64,000 nucleotides of DNA from Azolla caroliniana (GCA_043228905.1 JBHGNT010000003.1:4960001-5024000); one strand, 5' to 3'. Shown: positions 26,901 through 39,600, numbered from the stretch's first letter. A program made the numbers and translations. The notes: generated from the letters alone by a model not told the origin.

Positions 26901-28161
26901 GGGATAAAATAAGAGTGTGAATTTAAATCCTTGAATGATAAGTCTAATCCTCCTGATAATAAAATGCATCAAAGTATAAATGTATACCATAGTTGCCAGA
27001 ATGAAGGAGTTAAATATAAACCAAGAGAAAGGCAATCTCGTAAATGAAATCAAATAAATCATAATAACGCGATCTATAAGGATTACAATGGATAAATATT
27101 GTCCCATCAGGGAAAAGAACAAACTAAAAGAAACATTGAAGGGGCTAAAATAGGAGTGACGATTTAAGTCCTTGAATGATAAGCGTAATCCTTCTGATAA
27201 TAATATGCATCAAAGTATAAATGTATATCATAGTTACCAGAATGATAGGATGCAGGGAAACATGAAAAGACAACCAGGAGATGGAATTGTAATGGTCATT
27301 CTTCAAATAATAAAATGTGATAACATGAATTATCTATCACATAAAATGAGTAGCATAGGGATAGATTTCTGGGCACAAAGTTTTTGATTTTATCAAGACA
27401 GATCATCAAAGTCTTTGGTACATTCGTATGCAATGCGGCTTTTAGGGAAGTACATACAGTGGAAAATCCCTCCCCATGTTTCAATTGCATCTGAAGTATA
27501 ATTCCTGATCCTCAGTTACACCAATTCAATTGCATCTTATTTCCGGCAATACAAAAAGTGGCAGTTGAACGTTTTCTGAGAGCATCTTATGATGTGTCAC
27601 AACTATTAAGCACAAAGTGTTCCATAAGGAGAAACAATCCATAAAGAATCATAATTTATTAAGCACAAAGTGGTGGCGGTTGTTCATCTAACCAAAACAC
27701 TAGAAGTGCATCTGAAGTATGCTAAAGCTGTCAGAATAAAACCGAGAGTAGGATAAATCCCCCTCCTAAAAGTGGTTCAACACCCAGATGGCAGGTGGAT
27801 CTAAGCTGTAATTTCTAGGGACTATATGCAAGAAGAAACTCGAAAAATATACCCCTTCTAGCACGCGTGAGCAATGGGTGAGCAATGGGAACAGAGTGAG
27901 CATGCATCTAGTACATGTGGGATCAAAAACACAGCAAATTCCTTTTCTCCGTTCTTTTTCTGATCAATTTGATCAAAGACTCAGTTTATGACAATCTCCG
28001 GGATAGTTGTCGAATCTTCAAGCGCGAGTTAACCAAATCTTCAAAAGAGGCATACAGGATTTGGGGCAGGCAAAAAATAGAAACAACATAGGGTAGAATA
28101 AAAAAAAGTTAAGAGGGTAAGGCGGTGTAGCTTATACCTGTGAGTTGGATGCCATTGCCAT
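11909..28161 (-). CDS. PP4R3: serine/threonine protein phosphatase 4 regulatory subunit 3 (SMEK/PSY2-like), about 24 exons
   Basis: GT-AG exons include 28161-28138 (MAMASNSQ), 26683-26603 ([24 protein letters not shown]1-like), 26529-26430, 25633-25549 ([17 protein letters not shown]), 17136-17059, 16941-16874 (YDPD..HRHF), about 16788-16720 ([12 protein letters not shown]), about 14116-13902 ([12 protein letters not shown]), about 13090-12960 (NGGRYNLL), and a last exon with [11 protein letters not shown] and a stop at 11909. Confidence 0.93.
17190..18175 (-). mobile_element. cluster of about 4 short 3'-end fragments of the RTE-X-like LINE family in a PP4R3 intron
   Basis: Minus-strand copies of the LINE terminal motif (ggtc.cataggcc..ttggcctcttaaaagacattaa + TTTC tail) near 17215-17270, 17585-17635, 17670-17790 and 18120-18170. 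They match 36200-36325. Confidence 0.7.
19018..19113. repeat. 48-bp tandem duplication
   Basis: acatagtctttattgg...ctacatccgagcaag occurs twice. Confidence 0.85.
19760..20090 (-). pseudogene. rpoB: plastid-derived rpoB fragment (NUPT)
   Basis: [10 protein letters not shown]...EILADG...[20 protein letters not shown] with frameshifts. Confidence 0.88.
20280..20440 (-). pseudogene. ycf2: plastid-derived ycf2 fragment (NUPT)
   Basis: [12 protein letters not shown] and [21 protein letters not shown] resemble the Ycf2 AAA segment SRGILVIG...LATNSYVPFI...KFLDN. Confidence 0.6.
20441..20590 (-). pseudogene. rpl2: plastid-derived rpl2 fragment (NUPT)
   Basis: [30 protein letters not shown], then after a frameshift [13 protein letters not shown]. 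Confidence 0.88.
20715..21010 (-). pseudogene. ndhA: plastid-derived ndhA 5' fragment (NUPT)
   Basis: [43 protein letters not shown]...[14 protein letters not shown]. Confidence 0.88.
22000..24460 (-). mobile_element. degenerate RTE-X-like LINE (endonuclease end, RT, C-terminus) in a PP4R3 intron
   Basis: Remnants IDYLMG (near 24330), RTIIG (near 23520), [11 protein letters not shown] (near 23150-23185), [13 protein letters not shown] (near 23010-23050) and HLSHGL (near 22170) are collinear with the element at 32413-35740. Confidence 0.8.
24506..24814. mobile_element. hAT-family MITE (309 bp)
   Basis: TIRs TAGGAATCGGCAACGG and (reverse complement) TAGTAATCAGCAACAG. 8-bp TSD tatgtaga (24498-24505) / tatgttga (24815-24822). 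Many internal AACCG/CGGTT motifs. Confidence 0.85.
26782..27245. repeat. about 242-bp tandem duplication in PP4R3 intron 1
   Basis: aagagaaag.caatctcgtaaatgaa...ccagaatga occurs twice, moderately diverged. Confidence 0.85.
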
Positions 28162-28809
28162 CGCTTCTTCTTCTTCTTCTTCTTGTGCTTCTTCTAATTC
28201 TGTCCAAAGAAGAATACAATGATAATATTGATGATGAATGGAGCTTCCCAAAGAGAGAGAGAGAGCACATAGAGTAATATGCTCATAGAGTAAGGATTCA
28301 AAGAAAAATGCCCTAAAAGATGTCGGTATGAACAGGTTCACGAACAAACCTCTACATCATATTTGCAAGTGTAATCATACAAATAAGAGGAGAATGTCGT
28401 AGAAGATAGATAGACAAATGGACAGATAGATGAATAATAGGTAGATGTCAGTCGTCCAAATAGTAATGTATTCGGTAAGTATAGTTGTTAACATTACCAA
28501 GCCTAAGCGTGTTGATGTACTATCTTGTGTGACCCCCATTGCTTTTGATGATGTCTTTTTTCTTCACTTGTATGAGTGCTCTCTACACATTGTATGGTGA
28601 CAAGGTTTAGATGAGAACTTTCAATCTAAAGACATTGGCAGTTAAGTGAAGGGTTGTGCATGTTGGGGTGGGTGAGATAGATGGCGCAAACAAGTGGAAG
28701 TGGACCCTTTAGTTCTGATTTGAAATCATGCCCTATTAGTTTTTTTAAATGGAAAGTTTGGTGGGAATGAACTACATATTCTGGAGGTTCAGATTGTCAA
28801 GGTGACTAC

Positions 28810-29040
28810 ATGCTTGAAATGCAACTCTACATCCATGGCAAGAGGGTAAGGTTGATTGTAGATATCAAGTTTTGCACTATTCTGGGATCGTTCTATGGTA
28901 AGGATATGATTGACTATGTCCTTGTAGATTGTAGAAATGAAACTCTACATCCATGTGGAGATGGCATCATAGATTGTAGATGTCAAATGGTATAGTACTC
29001 TAGAATCGGTTTATGGTAAGGATATGATTGACCATGTCCT
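28810..29040. repeat. about 118-bp imperfect tandem duplication in a degraded TE region
   Basis: aactctacatccat...atggtaaggatatgattgac.atgtcctt occurs twice. Confidence 0.7.
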
Positions 29041-30689
29041 TATTGATCAATTGAAAAAAGTTGACGATGTAAGGACGATTTGGAGTGGCTCATGGATGGA
29101 TGAAACAAAAGGGCTAACATGGTTAACTACTCATGATGATGTTATTGAATAAGCAAAGGGCTTGCTTCTGTGGGTGGTCATTGTCAATGGAATATGAGAA
29201 GCAAGCTTGTATACACATTGAAAAAACAAAAACCATTGTACCATTGTGATTGTGTCAATCAACATGTGAGTGTATTGGCCATTCCCATAGTCATCATGAA
29301 TGACATCTCAAAGTCCATCTTTGGCGAAAGTATTCCTACTTTTTCTTGTACTTCTTGTACATAAATAAAGATGCCTTTTCTTCTTTTCCCATTTACCGTT
29401 GTTTTTTGCTTTGAATTTGATAAGTTGAGATAGACTCATTTGGAAATACTTAGAACCTCCCTAAATATAGTACCACTAGCTATATTGATAACACATGTGC
29501 TAAAAGTCTACGACGTGTATCAAGGTGGTCATGGATTCAAGATAACATCACCATAGAGTCTATCTTAAGTATTGATACCATCTTAGAACAAGCAAGATGA
29601 ATGACCATTAACAACCTCCTCACTTTTCCAACAAATGAAGTCAAAGGAAAATGTTGGCACTTTGAAAGGGATTAGGTATTTAAGAATTGTCCTATGTAAA
29701 TTACCTCAACATTAAAATGGGGCCCATTAGACATCAAAATGTGAAGATGATGTGAAATATTAGAACCGTTTGTATACAATGTGAATGCATAATTCATTTG
29801 TGAGTTATAACTTTGGTTTACATTTATTGGTGTGCAACAAGGTAGAAGCATTTTGGAGAAGAACATCTTCAAAACCACAAAAATAAAGAAAACATTCACC
29901 GGAGTAGATAAACATTCTCCATATATAACATTCTATGGATTTTACTAAAATACTTGTACCTCTTGCCAAAATACCTCACATCTAAAATTCCCAAAATGCC
30001 ACTTTTATAAATTCTTATTATCTCTTCACAATATGTCCCTGTTCTAGAATTCTATAGAGATTGTAGTGAGTGAGAACTAGTGTTATTTTGGATATCATTA
30101 TGCATCTACAAATGCTAATTTCTTCAAATCCTTGGTTAGCCTACACAAGTAGAGATTTACAAAGAAAAAGTTGCATCTTCATGAGTTCCAACGTGTGTAA
30201 TATTGTTCTTTGACCCCAAAACATTTGTTCTTGCCCTTCTCTACATTTTAACCTCTAATTGTTGAATAGAGAAACTTTGTGCTTAAAAAAAAATTTGAAG
30301 TGAGATGGTCAAGCAATTGAAAGAATATTCAAATTAACAATGCAAATTTTACATGAAACGCAATGTGTCTAAAGGGCACATAAAGAACTGAAAGCACTCA
30401 TGTAGCATGCATGCTACAAGAGTTTTTAAGGTTACAAGATACCATACGTACATATATGTTACAAGAGCTCCACACAATGCCCCAAACTCTTTCCCCTGTT
30501 TCGCTGCACCCCATCAATCCTATAGATATTTTTGTGATACAGGGAGATTCATAGTGAATTGTGTGCGATGTGGATACAAGGTTCCCCAACCCACATACTG
30601 ATGATATTCAGCATTTGATCGCACGATATATGAGTCATTCGTTGTATAAGCATCACCGCTCGCAAATACGATCAGATCTTTCTTTAGAT

Positions 30690-33600
30690 CTAATCATGTG
30701 ACTCCTCTAAATAGGCACCGTAGTCAGGATCTTGAGGCTTTGCAATCTTTACGAAACGATCTTCAGTTGTGCTGCTGCTCTCCCTCAATTTATTGACCCC
30801 ACGCATAGCATTCTTCGCGAAGCGCGCGGCAAATAAGGTCGTCCCCAAGCTTACATTTGCATCCGTTTGTTCCTCGCGATACAATTCCGCAAGTAATTTC
30901 CTCTTCTTATACCTTTTCCATGCGGTCTGTATGATTACAGCTGCCCATGTGCGCCACGGATGTGAATGAAATCTAAATGTTTGGTGCAGCTTCTTGCTGT
31001 GCAAAAGCCGAAACTGCTTCGCAACAAACTTCAGGTCCTCAGCTGTCAATGCAAATGCCTCCACTTCTCCTTCTGCCTCAATTTTCCGATTCGAAGTTGG
31101 CAAGTTCAAGCTCTGCTTCGGGTCCAATGCCCACGAAACAAGTTCCTCACCGCAGAATTCACCTGGAGCCACCTTGATTTGATTGTAATATCCTGTGCGT
31201 CCACCATCTGTTGATGAACTTTTTAGACTGCCTCGAACCACAAACAGCATTTCATTGACAGGATCACCTTCCCTCATAATTATAGTAAACTTTGTGCACA
31301 AAACTGGCCTCAGACGTTCACAAATGGCATCTCGCAACTTAGCATCCATCTCCTCGAACAAGGGAACCTAAAGGAAATAATATTGAAACATATGAATCCA
31401 TACACGATCTCTCTCTCTCTCTCTCTCATTCACCAAATAATGCTTTACATTAACCGACTATCCAAACATTCAGAACAGCTAATAATGAAGTCTCTCCCAT
31501 TCTTTGTGGTGGAACAAGCAGATACTCGTTGTTGGTATTATTCAATGTTCAAATGGGCCGAATCATATGCCACAAATATAAATATAAATGTCTATCAGAC
31601 CAAAATTGGATATTACATAGAGTGATTCGAACTGATCATTAAAATGGATAACAAAAGAGTGTGGAATAGCCCCACAATGCTACTTTTTTGGACAAAGCCA
31701 TGTGAAGAAATCACACTTAGAGCTCAAGGATGACATGACACAATACCTTAAGGATGAAATATCCTCAAGTAAGGTTGAGTTAGGAGCTATAAAAGTGGAT
31801 TTAGAAAAAGGACAAGAAGCAGTGGAAAGATGCATCTCTACAGTGAAAGCCAATGTCACTGAGGAAATGTAAACATGGGCAAACATGGCCAAAGATGCCA
31901 AAGCCCAAGCTGAGCACGGCCAAAACAAAATTAAAGCAAATGCTCCTTGGATAGAGGTACTGAAAAAGCAAAAAGGCACATCCATGGATAGGATGGCAAT
32001 GATGAATGCTACATTAGAAGAAGAAGCCAAGAAGAAAGCTCATGCGTTGCATGTACGAGTGGTTGGTTGGGCCGAAAAAGGAAGCCCACAAGAAGATGCC
32101 AAGAATCTCAGAACAAAGATTGGAGCATCAAATATTACATTTGCTTCGGCATGGAGGGTGGGAAGAGATGAGTCTAGAGCTAAAGCCCTTACCATCTGCT
32201 TGATGGATATTGACAAGAAAAAAGTTTTCCTCTCAAAAAGAAAGGCACTCAAGGGTGAGAAAATATACTTAGATGATGATCTCACTCCAGCCCAAGTGGC
32301 ACACCGCATAGAGAACATGCCACGAGTGCTTGATGCAAGAAAGGAAGGAAAATGGGCCGTATATAGAGATGGCAAGGTCATTATTACAGAGAAGAGAACC
32401 GCATGACGATATATGGCCTATGAGACCCTACGCATGACCATATGGAATTGCAACGGTTCTCTACGGACAGATGTCGGATATTTTGAAGATACATTGAAAA
32501 ACACAGATATTGCTATGTACACAGAGACTCACCAATGCTTGGCTAGCAAACTCCCCGAGGTACAAGGATATAGATGGGAGTCAATATGTCGCCCCCAATC
32601 TCGGACACCATGAAGCACTAGAGGTTCGGGAGGAGTGGCTGTGCTATACAAAAAGGAGCTCCATGATCAAGTACATGTTGTCCATAAGGATGTATATGCA
32701 CGCTACATGTGGATACGAATCAAAAGAGGAGATCTTAGGGAGTTATATATTGCAATTTGCTATTTTCCACCTGCCTACTCAAGGTTTGCACCTCTAGGTG
32801 AATCACCATATCTACCTCTATATGATGATGATATCATAAGATTTGCTAATATGGGGGAAATAATACTATTAGGAGATTTTAATGCACGAACCAAGGATGA
32901 ACAAACAACTATGTTTAACACCAACAAGGCTGTTTATGGAGAAGTTATGGCAGAAGAGGTTGGTCTAAAGCGACAAGCTCAAGATATGAGTGTTATAACT
33001 GAATATGGAAAACACTTTCTAGCCTTGGGAAGTGCGCATGGATTTGTGATATATAATGGCTTGTCACAATGGCCTGGATCAAACAACTATGTTTAACACC
33101 AACAAGGCTGTTTATGGAGAAGTTATGGCAGAAGAGGTTGGTCTAAAGCGACAAGCTCAAGATATGAGTGTTATAACTGAATATGGAAAACACTTTCTAG
33201 CCTTGGGAAGTGCGCATGGATTTGTGATATATAATGGCTTGTCACAATGGCCTGGATCAGATGCTTTGACATGTTGGAACCCAAAAGGAGGTGCAAGCAC
33301 AATCGATTATCTAATGGGATATCCATCTCTTATACCTGAAATAAAAGAGTTCACTATATCGGGTAGACCTATTGGCTTGGCAGCAGATCATGCATATCTA
33401 CGCTTCGAGGTAAAGGATGGATGCACAAAGGCTGTATGTGCTAAGAGAGTGGGCTGGCTAAGTATCTATTTACTCGTGAGACAATTCATGTGTATAGTTG
33501 TGGTGTATACAATGGCATGCTAGATTTGGATCCTCTCGCACCCCTTGAAGAACTTACCCAAGGATTATCCGACTCATTGCATAAAGCAGCCACAAATGCC

Positions 33601-36600
33601 TTCCCTCACACAACGGCCAATCCCCCCAAACTTGGTAGAGTAATACAAAATAGTTGGTATGATGAGGAATGTCGTGATACAAGGAGATGCTTGAAACGCA
33701 ATGTAACTCAGGGCATTTATACACACAACCAAGCAAGAGCAACCTTCCAACACCTCGTAAGGAAGAAGAAGAGATTGTATTTGGCTAAATTTGAAGATCA
33801 TTTGTATCGCTTGTTTCTAGGACAAGAAAGTAAAAGAGCATGGACAATGTTTAATGAGAGGCAACCCACCACACAACTGACCTCACCTCAAGTGTGGCAT
33901 GAATATACAAAGGTTCTATATGATATCCCCGGGCAACCTCCTCTTCCCCACCCGAATGCCTCACGCCCACATGAATCAACCTTCTTTACACCACAAAATG
34001 TAAGAAATGCCATTTATCAGCTACAATTTGGGAAGGCCCAAGATCATGATGGATTGGTGGGTGAGCACTTTATCTATGTCCGTGACACCTTGCTCCCGTT
34101 GCTAGCACACATCTTTAATAGAGCCATGTGTGAAGGTTTCCCTACTAGATGGACTCAGCATACCATTGTGCCAATCCTCAAGAGTGGAGACCCCATGATG
34201 CCAAACAACTATAGGACAATCATGATTGGCCATTACTGGACTAAACTATATGGGCCGATTCTAGAATCAGAATTGAGTATATGGGCAGAGTAGAATGGTT
34301 GCCGTTCAGTTGGACAGGCAGGCTTTCGGAAGGGGTTCACAACTTTGGATCACATATTCACCCTCCGGGCCCTTATTGAGGAGGGCAGAGCCCGCAATAA
34401 GAGGATTTATTGCTGCTTTGTGGATTTCCGAAAAGCCTTTGACACTGTGCCACGTGCTCGGCTTATGCAGCGGCTAGAAGCCCTTGGTGTTCCTATAGAT
34501 ATGCAAAGGGGAATCTATGCACTCTATGAATCCGTGTCAGGAAAAGTGCGATCTTCCAAGGGCTTGTCAGAGGCTGTGGCTAGCACAGTTGGAGTGAAGC
34601 AAGGATGCCCACTCTCTTCGGTCTCTATATAGATGAGGTATCACATTACATAGAGAGATTCGGGGGTTCCGGAGCACACCTAGCAGGTATAGCTATACAA
34701 ATATTACTATATGCTGATGACATCGTGCTGATTTCTGACTCTCCGGAGGGACTACAAAGACATCTAAATGCCTTTAAACTATTTTGTACGGACAAAGGTT
34801 TGTCAATCAACATGGACAAAACTAAAGTGATGGTGTTTAACACCACTCAAGCATGGGTAACAAGATCAGAACCAGAATTCTTCTTGGGAGAGGAAAAGGT
34901 GGAATACACACGCTCCTACACATACCTAGGAGTAACATTTACAGGACCTAGGTTCTCCTTACAAGAGGCTGCTTGTGCCCAACTTTCTCGTGGATATGCA
35001 GCCCTTGGTGCTCTCGAGAGACAATGTGCACATTTGCAGTTCCAAGAGCCATGGACTAAGCTATGGTTATTTGATACACTTGTCACACCAACTCTTCTCT
35101 ATGGAGTAGAAACATGGGGACTGAGTCTTAACAAGGCAAATCATTGGAAAGATTTAGAGAGACCTTTAGTGTCAATGATTGCTCGCATGATAAGGAGCAA
35201 AGCATATGTGCCCCACGTATAATCCGGGCAGAGATGGGAACAACACCTATAATAACCGAGGCATTGTTCCAATCAGTGACATTTATCCAACGTCTTTGGG
35301 AGCTCCCTAAACAAAGGTACCCAAGGTTGGCACTTATGTCATCAAGACAACTCGCTGAAAATGGAGACAAGATAACATGGATCAGCCCCAAAATACCACT
35401 TGGTACAAAGATGGCCCACTATAAGACACACTTCTTACATACATCGGAGGATGGATTCTTCATCAGGCCACCTTATATGGACATACATCTATCCTATGCA
35501 CTGCGTAGTGTGATAGGGCAGCTGCGAACTTCATCACATCAGCTACAGATTGAGGTAGGCAGATATACACGACTACCTTTAGAAGAGAGAATTTGCCAAT
35601 TGTGTCATCAAGGAGTGGAATCTGAGGAACACTATGTTTGTCATTGTAGTGTCTTTTATGAAATCAGAGGGAGATACGATTGCCTCTTTAAACAAGGCTT
35701 TGGCCCACTACGCAAGGTAATGGAATATGAGGACAAATGATGCCTAGGACTTTTCTTGCTAGAGCTCAAGAGACATCGGGAAAAGTTGTCGAAGAATACA
35801 GCCACACAAGCTCATCCACAAAGAACAATCACAACTTTCTTTAGCCCCATCACTCCTACTAATGCTACAAGTCCATCACGGGATACACAAATGGGCTCCA
35901 GACCAGGACATAACAAAGGGGTTACAATTGATCGGGCAATAGCAATTTGCCGTGCACGTACACCCCGGTCCCATGGACCACAACCTCGACACCCTTGTCA
36001 ACAACAAATAAAAGCCATTATCTCCCGCCATCGTAGGTACTTCCCTCGCTTCGGAGACATTTCCATTCTGGATCGACCTATGCTAGAGATCTTTCGAAGA
36101 CAAAAGCTACAATATACCTAATTTGAGGATCTCACATGTGCCAAAAACCAAATTCCCTCGTTTCTTTTCTTGTCATCTTATTTACTTTTATATTTACTAT
36201 GTAATATTTATTTTATTTTGATTTGTTCTCAAAGACGAAACAACACTTAAACTGTAATCTCTTATTTGGTCTTATTTGACCTCTTAAAAGACATTAATAT
36301 TTCTTTCTTTCTTTCTTTCTTTTATCTCTTTCCGTGGGATGGATTTACCATCAGACCCGCTTATATAGATACAAATTTTTCATGCACTTTGTTGTGTGAT
36401 AAGGTAGCTCGGGAACTCTTCACATCAGTCAGAGATAGAAATAGGAAGAATCAAGAGACAGAGAGAATACTTCTTCTGACCAACAGGTTCAGATCAATCA
36501 ACATGCTGATATCTCGAAGGTGGAGCAACCACAGTGGACTACATATTGTTGTTACAAACTCTTATTGAGGACAAAAAGAGGATATACCCCTCCAGAATGT

Positions 36601-39600
36601 TTTTGAGACAATACTATGAGCTAAATTCATACACTGAGTGCAAACTATTAAAATCCCAAAGGATATGCAGTAGAGATTTACCCCCTCTCTTGAGCTGGTA
36701 TCAGGAAATGTCCCGGCCAAGGATACCCAGACAGAGTTCAACCCAATGGTCAGCACACCTAAAAACCTTCAATTTATATTATACTTTGGCAAACCTTTCT
36801 CTTTGAAAGTGAGAAAACCCTGTAGTTGTTTTCTCTCTAAGGAGCAATGCATCACCAGTGAACCGAGCCTTCATCAAGCACAAAATTGGAGGAGACCTTT
36901 AATCTCAATGATTACCCACATGATGAGAAGCAAAGAAAAGATGTTCCATGACATAATCCAAGGAGATATGGCAGTTCTCAAGATGAAGTTGCTCAAGTAT
37001 AGCACTTTTGTCATCAAAACAGCTAGCATAATGCCGGCCTAATCATTGTTGGTATACTGAAATGCAAGAATGATTCCGTTCACATGGCATAAATATATAT
37101 GCACTACCTCCATTCTAATATATCTTGGACTTGGATTGTCCACACTTAGACAGGAACAAAGAGGAAAAAAATTGAGTGATCTGAACTGATTCATTAAATT
37201 GGACAATGAAAGGGTATGAATCAGCCCCACAATGCCTCTTAGTAGAGAGACGACCCACAATAAGAACCTCTTCTTACCGGTATTGCAAAATGGATTTATG
37301 ATCAGGGCCTCTTGTATGGATACACATCTATCTCATGAGCCACCTAGTATGATAGGGCAGCTGAAGAAATCTTCATAATTGTTATAGATTGAGGAATTGA
37401 GTACTATTTTTGACATACTATTTTTTATGAAAGGAGGAATCACTGCCGCTTCAAGCAATGCTTTGGCCCACTTTAAGATAATGGACTATGAAGACCAATA
37501 CTGCTTAGGATTTTTCTTGCTAGAAATAAAGCAACAGAGAACAAAATTTCTGAAGCACAATAATATAACAGCTCATCAACAAAGAATCATCACAACTTTC
37601 TTTATCTCCACCTAGTATGATAGGGCAGCTGAAGAAATCTTCATAATTGTTATAGATTGAGGAATTGAGTACTATTTTTGACATACTATTTTTTATGAAA
37701 GGAGGAATCACTGCCGCTTCAAGCAATGCTTTGGCCCACTTTAAGATAATGGACTATGAAGACCAATACTGCTTAGGATTTTTCTTGCTAGAAATAAAGC
37801 AACAGAGAACAAAATTTCTGAAGCACAATAATATAACAGCTCATCAACAAAGAATCATCACAACTTTCTTTATCTCCATTACTCATCATCCTGAAAGCCA
37901 ATCAAAGGCTATATTCATATAGGGTCTCAACCACAACATTCAAAACGGGTTACAATCGATTGGGGAACAGTGATTTGTCATGCATATAGTTCACAACCCT
38001 CCAGATTGCAACTCCATCATCCTTGTTATCGTCAAATAATTTTCCTTATTGCTCAATGCCAAAGGTGTTTTCCTCTCTTTAGAAGGTCTTTCCACATTAG
38101 AGCATCCAATGTTGGAGATTAAAAATGGCAGAAGTTTCAGCCTATCTCACTTAAAAACCTAAGGGATTAGGTAAGGGGCTTCTTTCGTAACCTATCATTA
38201 AGTATATTTATTTTGGTTTGTTGCTCTCAAAAACAAGGCAATATTTTAAGATGTGATCTTTTGTTCAGTCTTATAGACCGTTACCATTTTGGCCTCTTAA
38301 AAGATGTTAATATATCTCTCTTTCTCCAAGGCAGTTAAGAAGCAATAAAAAGAAATATAGATATCCCCATCTCACATTTTCACACAATAAATTTCAGAAG
38401 TAATTGAGAAGCAAACCTTCAAGACAAGATCTAAACACAAGTGTCGTTTTATATCACGACGTAAATCAGGTGGCAAACTTTTCAAAATGCCTTCCTCATC
38501 AACTCCTCTTGTTGCAACCCACTTATATTGATTAAAACTCCGAACACGTTCACGCAACTTTGGTGGGAGTTGTCGATGTTGCATCCATTCTTCTGTGTCA
38601 CTTTGCTTGACTCTCCATTCTTCCAAACGAACTCCCAATGACTGTAAGTATGTCTGGACATATATAGAAAAAAATCAGAACATTGTGACAAATCATGATA
38701 CGACTTTGTTGTATTAATATCCTACCTGCATATTCCCAATAAGAAGAGCAAACAAAACCAAACCAAGAATGGCAATAAATATAGCAAATACTAGCTCGCC
38801 AATAAATGTGCTTGTTTGAAGATTTTGTCCCAAAGAACTGCAAGAAAATCCAATCACTATGAATAACAAAACAATTTAACTCTACATACACAAATTTTTA
38901 ATAGTTATTGCTTTCTCTTCATATATTCACTCATAATATGCAAAGCTATAAAGTTAAAAGCATCACTGCCTATTGGCATTGTTACAAAATGTCAATGCCG
39001 CCAACTAGATAGTGTCATAGTGAGATTGTGTAGATGTGTGATTAGATTGCATGGTTTATTTTGAGGTTCTTTACTTTTAGGAAGAAAAGCATTTTTTAGT
39101 CTTAGGAGAAACATGCTCACACCTATGCAATGTAAAAAAAGAGGGTTTCCCCCAAGTTCATCTCATGTACATCAACACCAGTATACATCTTGAGAATCAA
39201 AGTTTTATCATTTTTCTTGTTGCTCCATCTAGCTCTCAAGGTTGGCCCCAACACAAGGTAAAAATGCCAATCGCATCTCACTACCCCCACGAGCCTTCTC
39301 TCTAGGAGAGCCTTAGCACATCTTCGAACTCACTGAGACAAGTTAGGTGTTGCAGTAGCATCACGGAATCATCGCCCAAATATGAAGGAATGCAATGAAA
39401 ACTTAGTGGAGGATGAATATCACTTGCTTATCGCATGCTCAGTATTTGGTCAGAAATATGATGACTTGTTAGACTGGCACGATAATGCTAGTGTCATACT
39501 CAAATGTTCAGCAAGGGTGAGCACATGTGTGCGTGCATTATTTTCGCATAAAGAGTTTTTACTATATAGTAACCCCTCTTCTTCGGAAGGAGTCAAATAT

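Larger units (their letters stand above)
31641..36330 (+). mobile_element. near full-length two-ORF RTE-X-like LINE in the last CNGC intron (antisense)
   Basis: ORF1, then ORF2 with APE (WNCNG, GDFNAR, STIDY, ADH), RT (QAGFRKG, FVDFRKAFD, KQGCPL, YADD) and zinc finger CQLC..ESEEHYVCHC, then a 3' UTR and (TTTC)n tail at 36299-36325. The 5' boundary is inferred from the interrupted older copy. Confidence 0.9.

Noticed and set aside
28500-29400. Copia integrase/RT remnants between PP4R3 and CNGC
   Set aside because: Only faint motif similarity (DVIHDD, NHVSPF); too degraded to annotate.
35756-36121. Separate LINE 'ORF3'
   Set aside because: It is in frame with ORF2 across one stop that is a sense codon in the sister copy, so it is treated as the ORF2 C-terminus.
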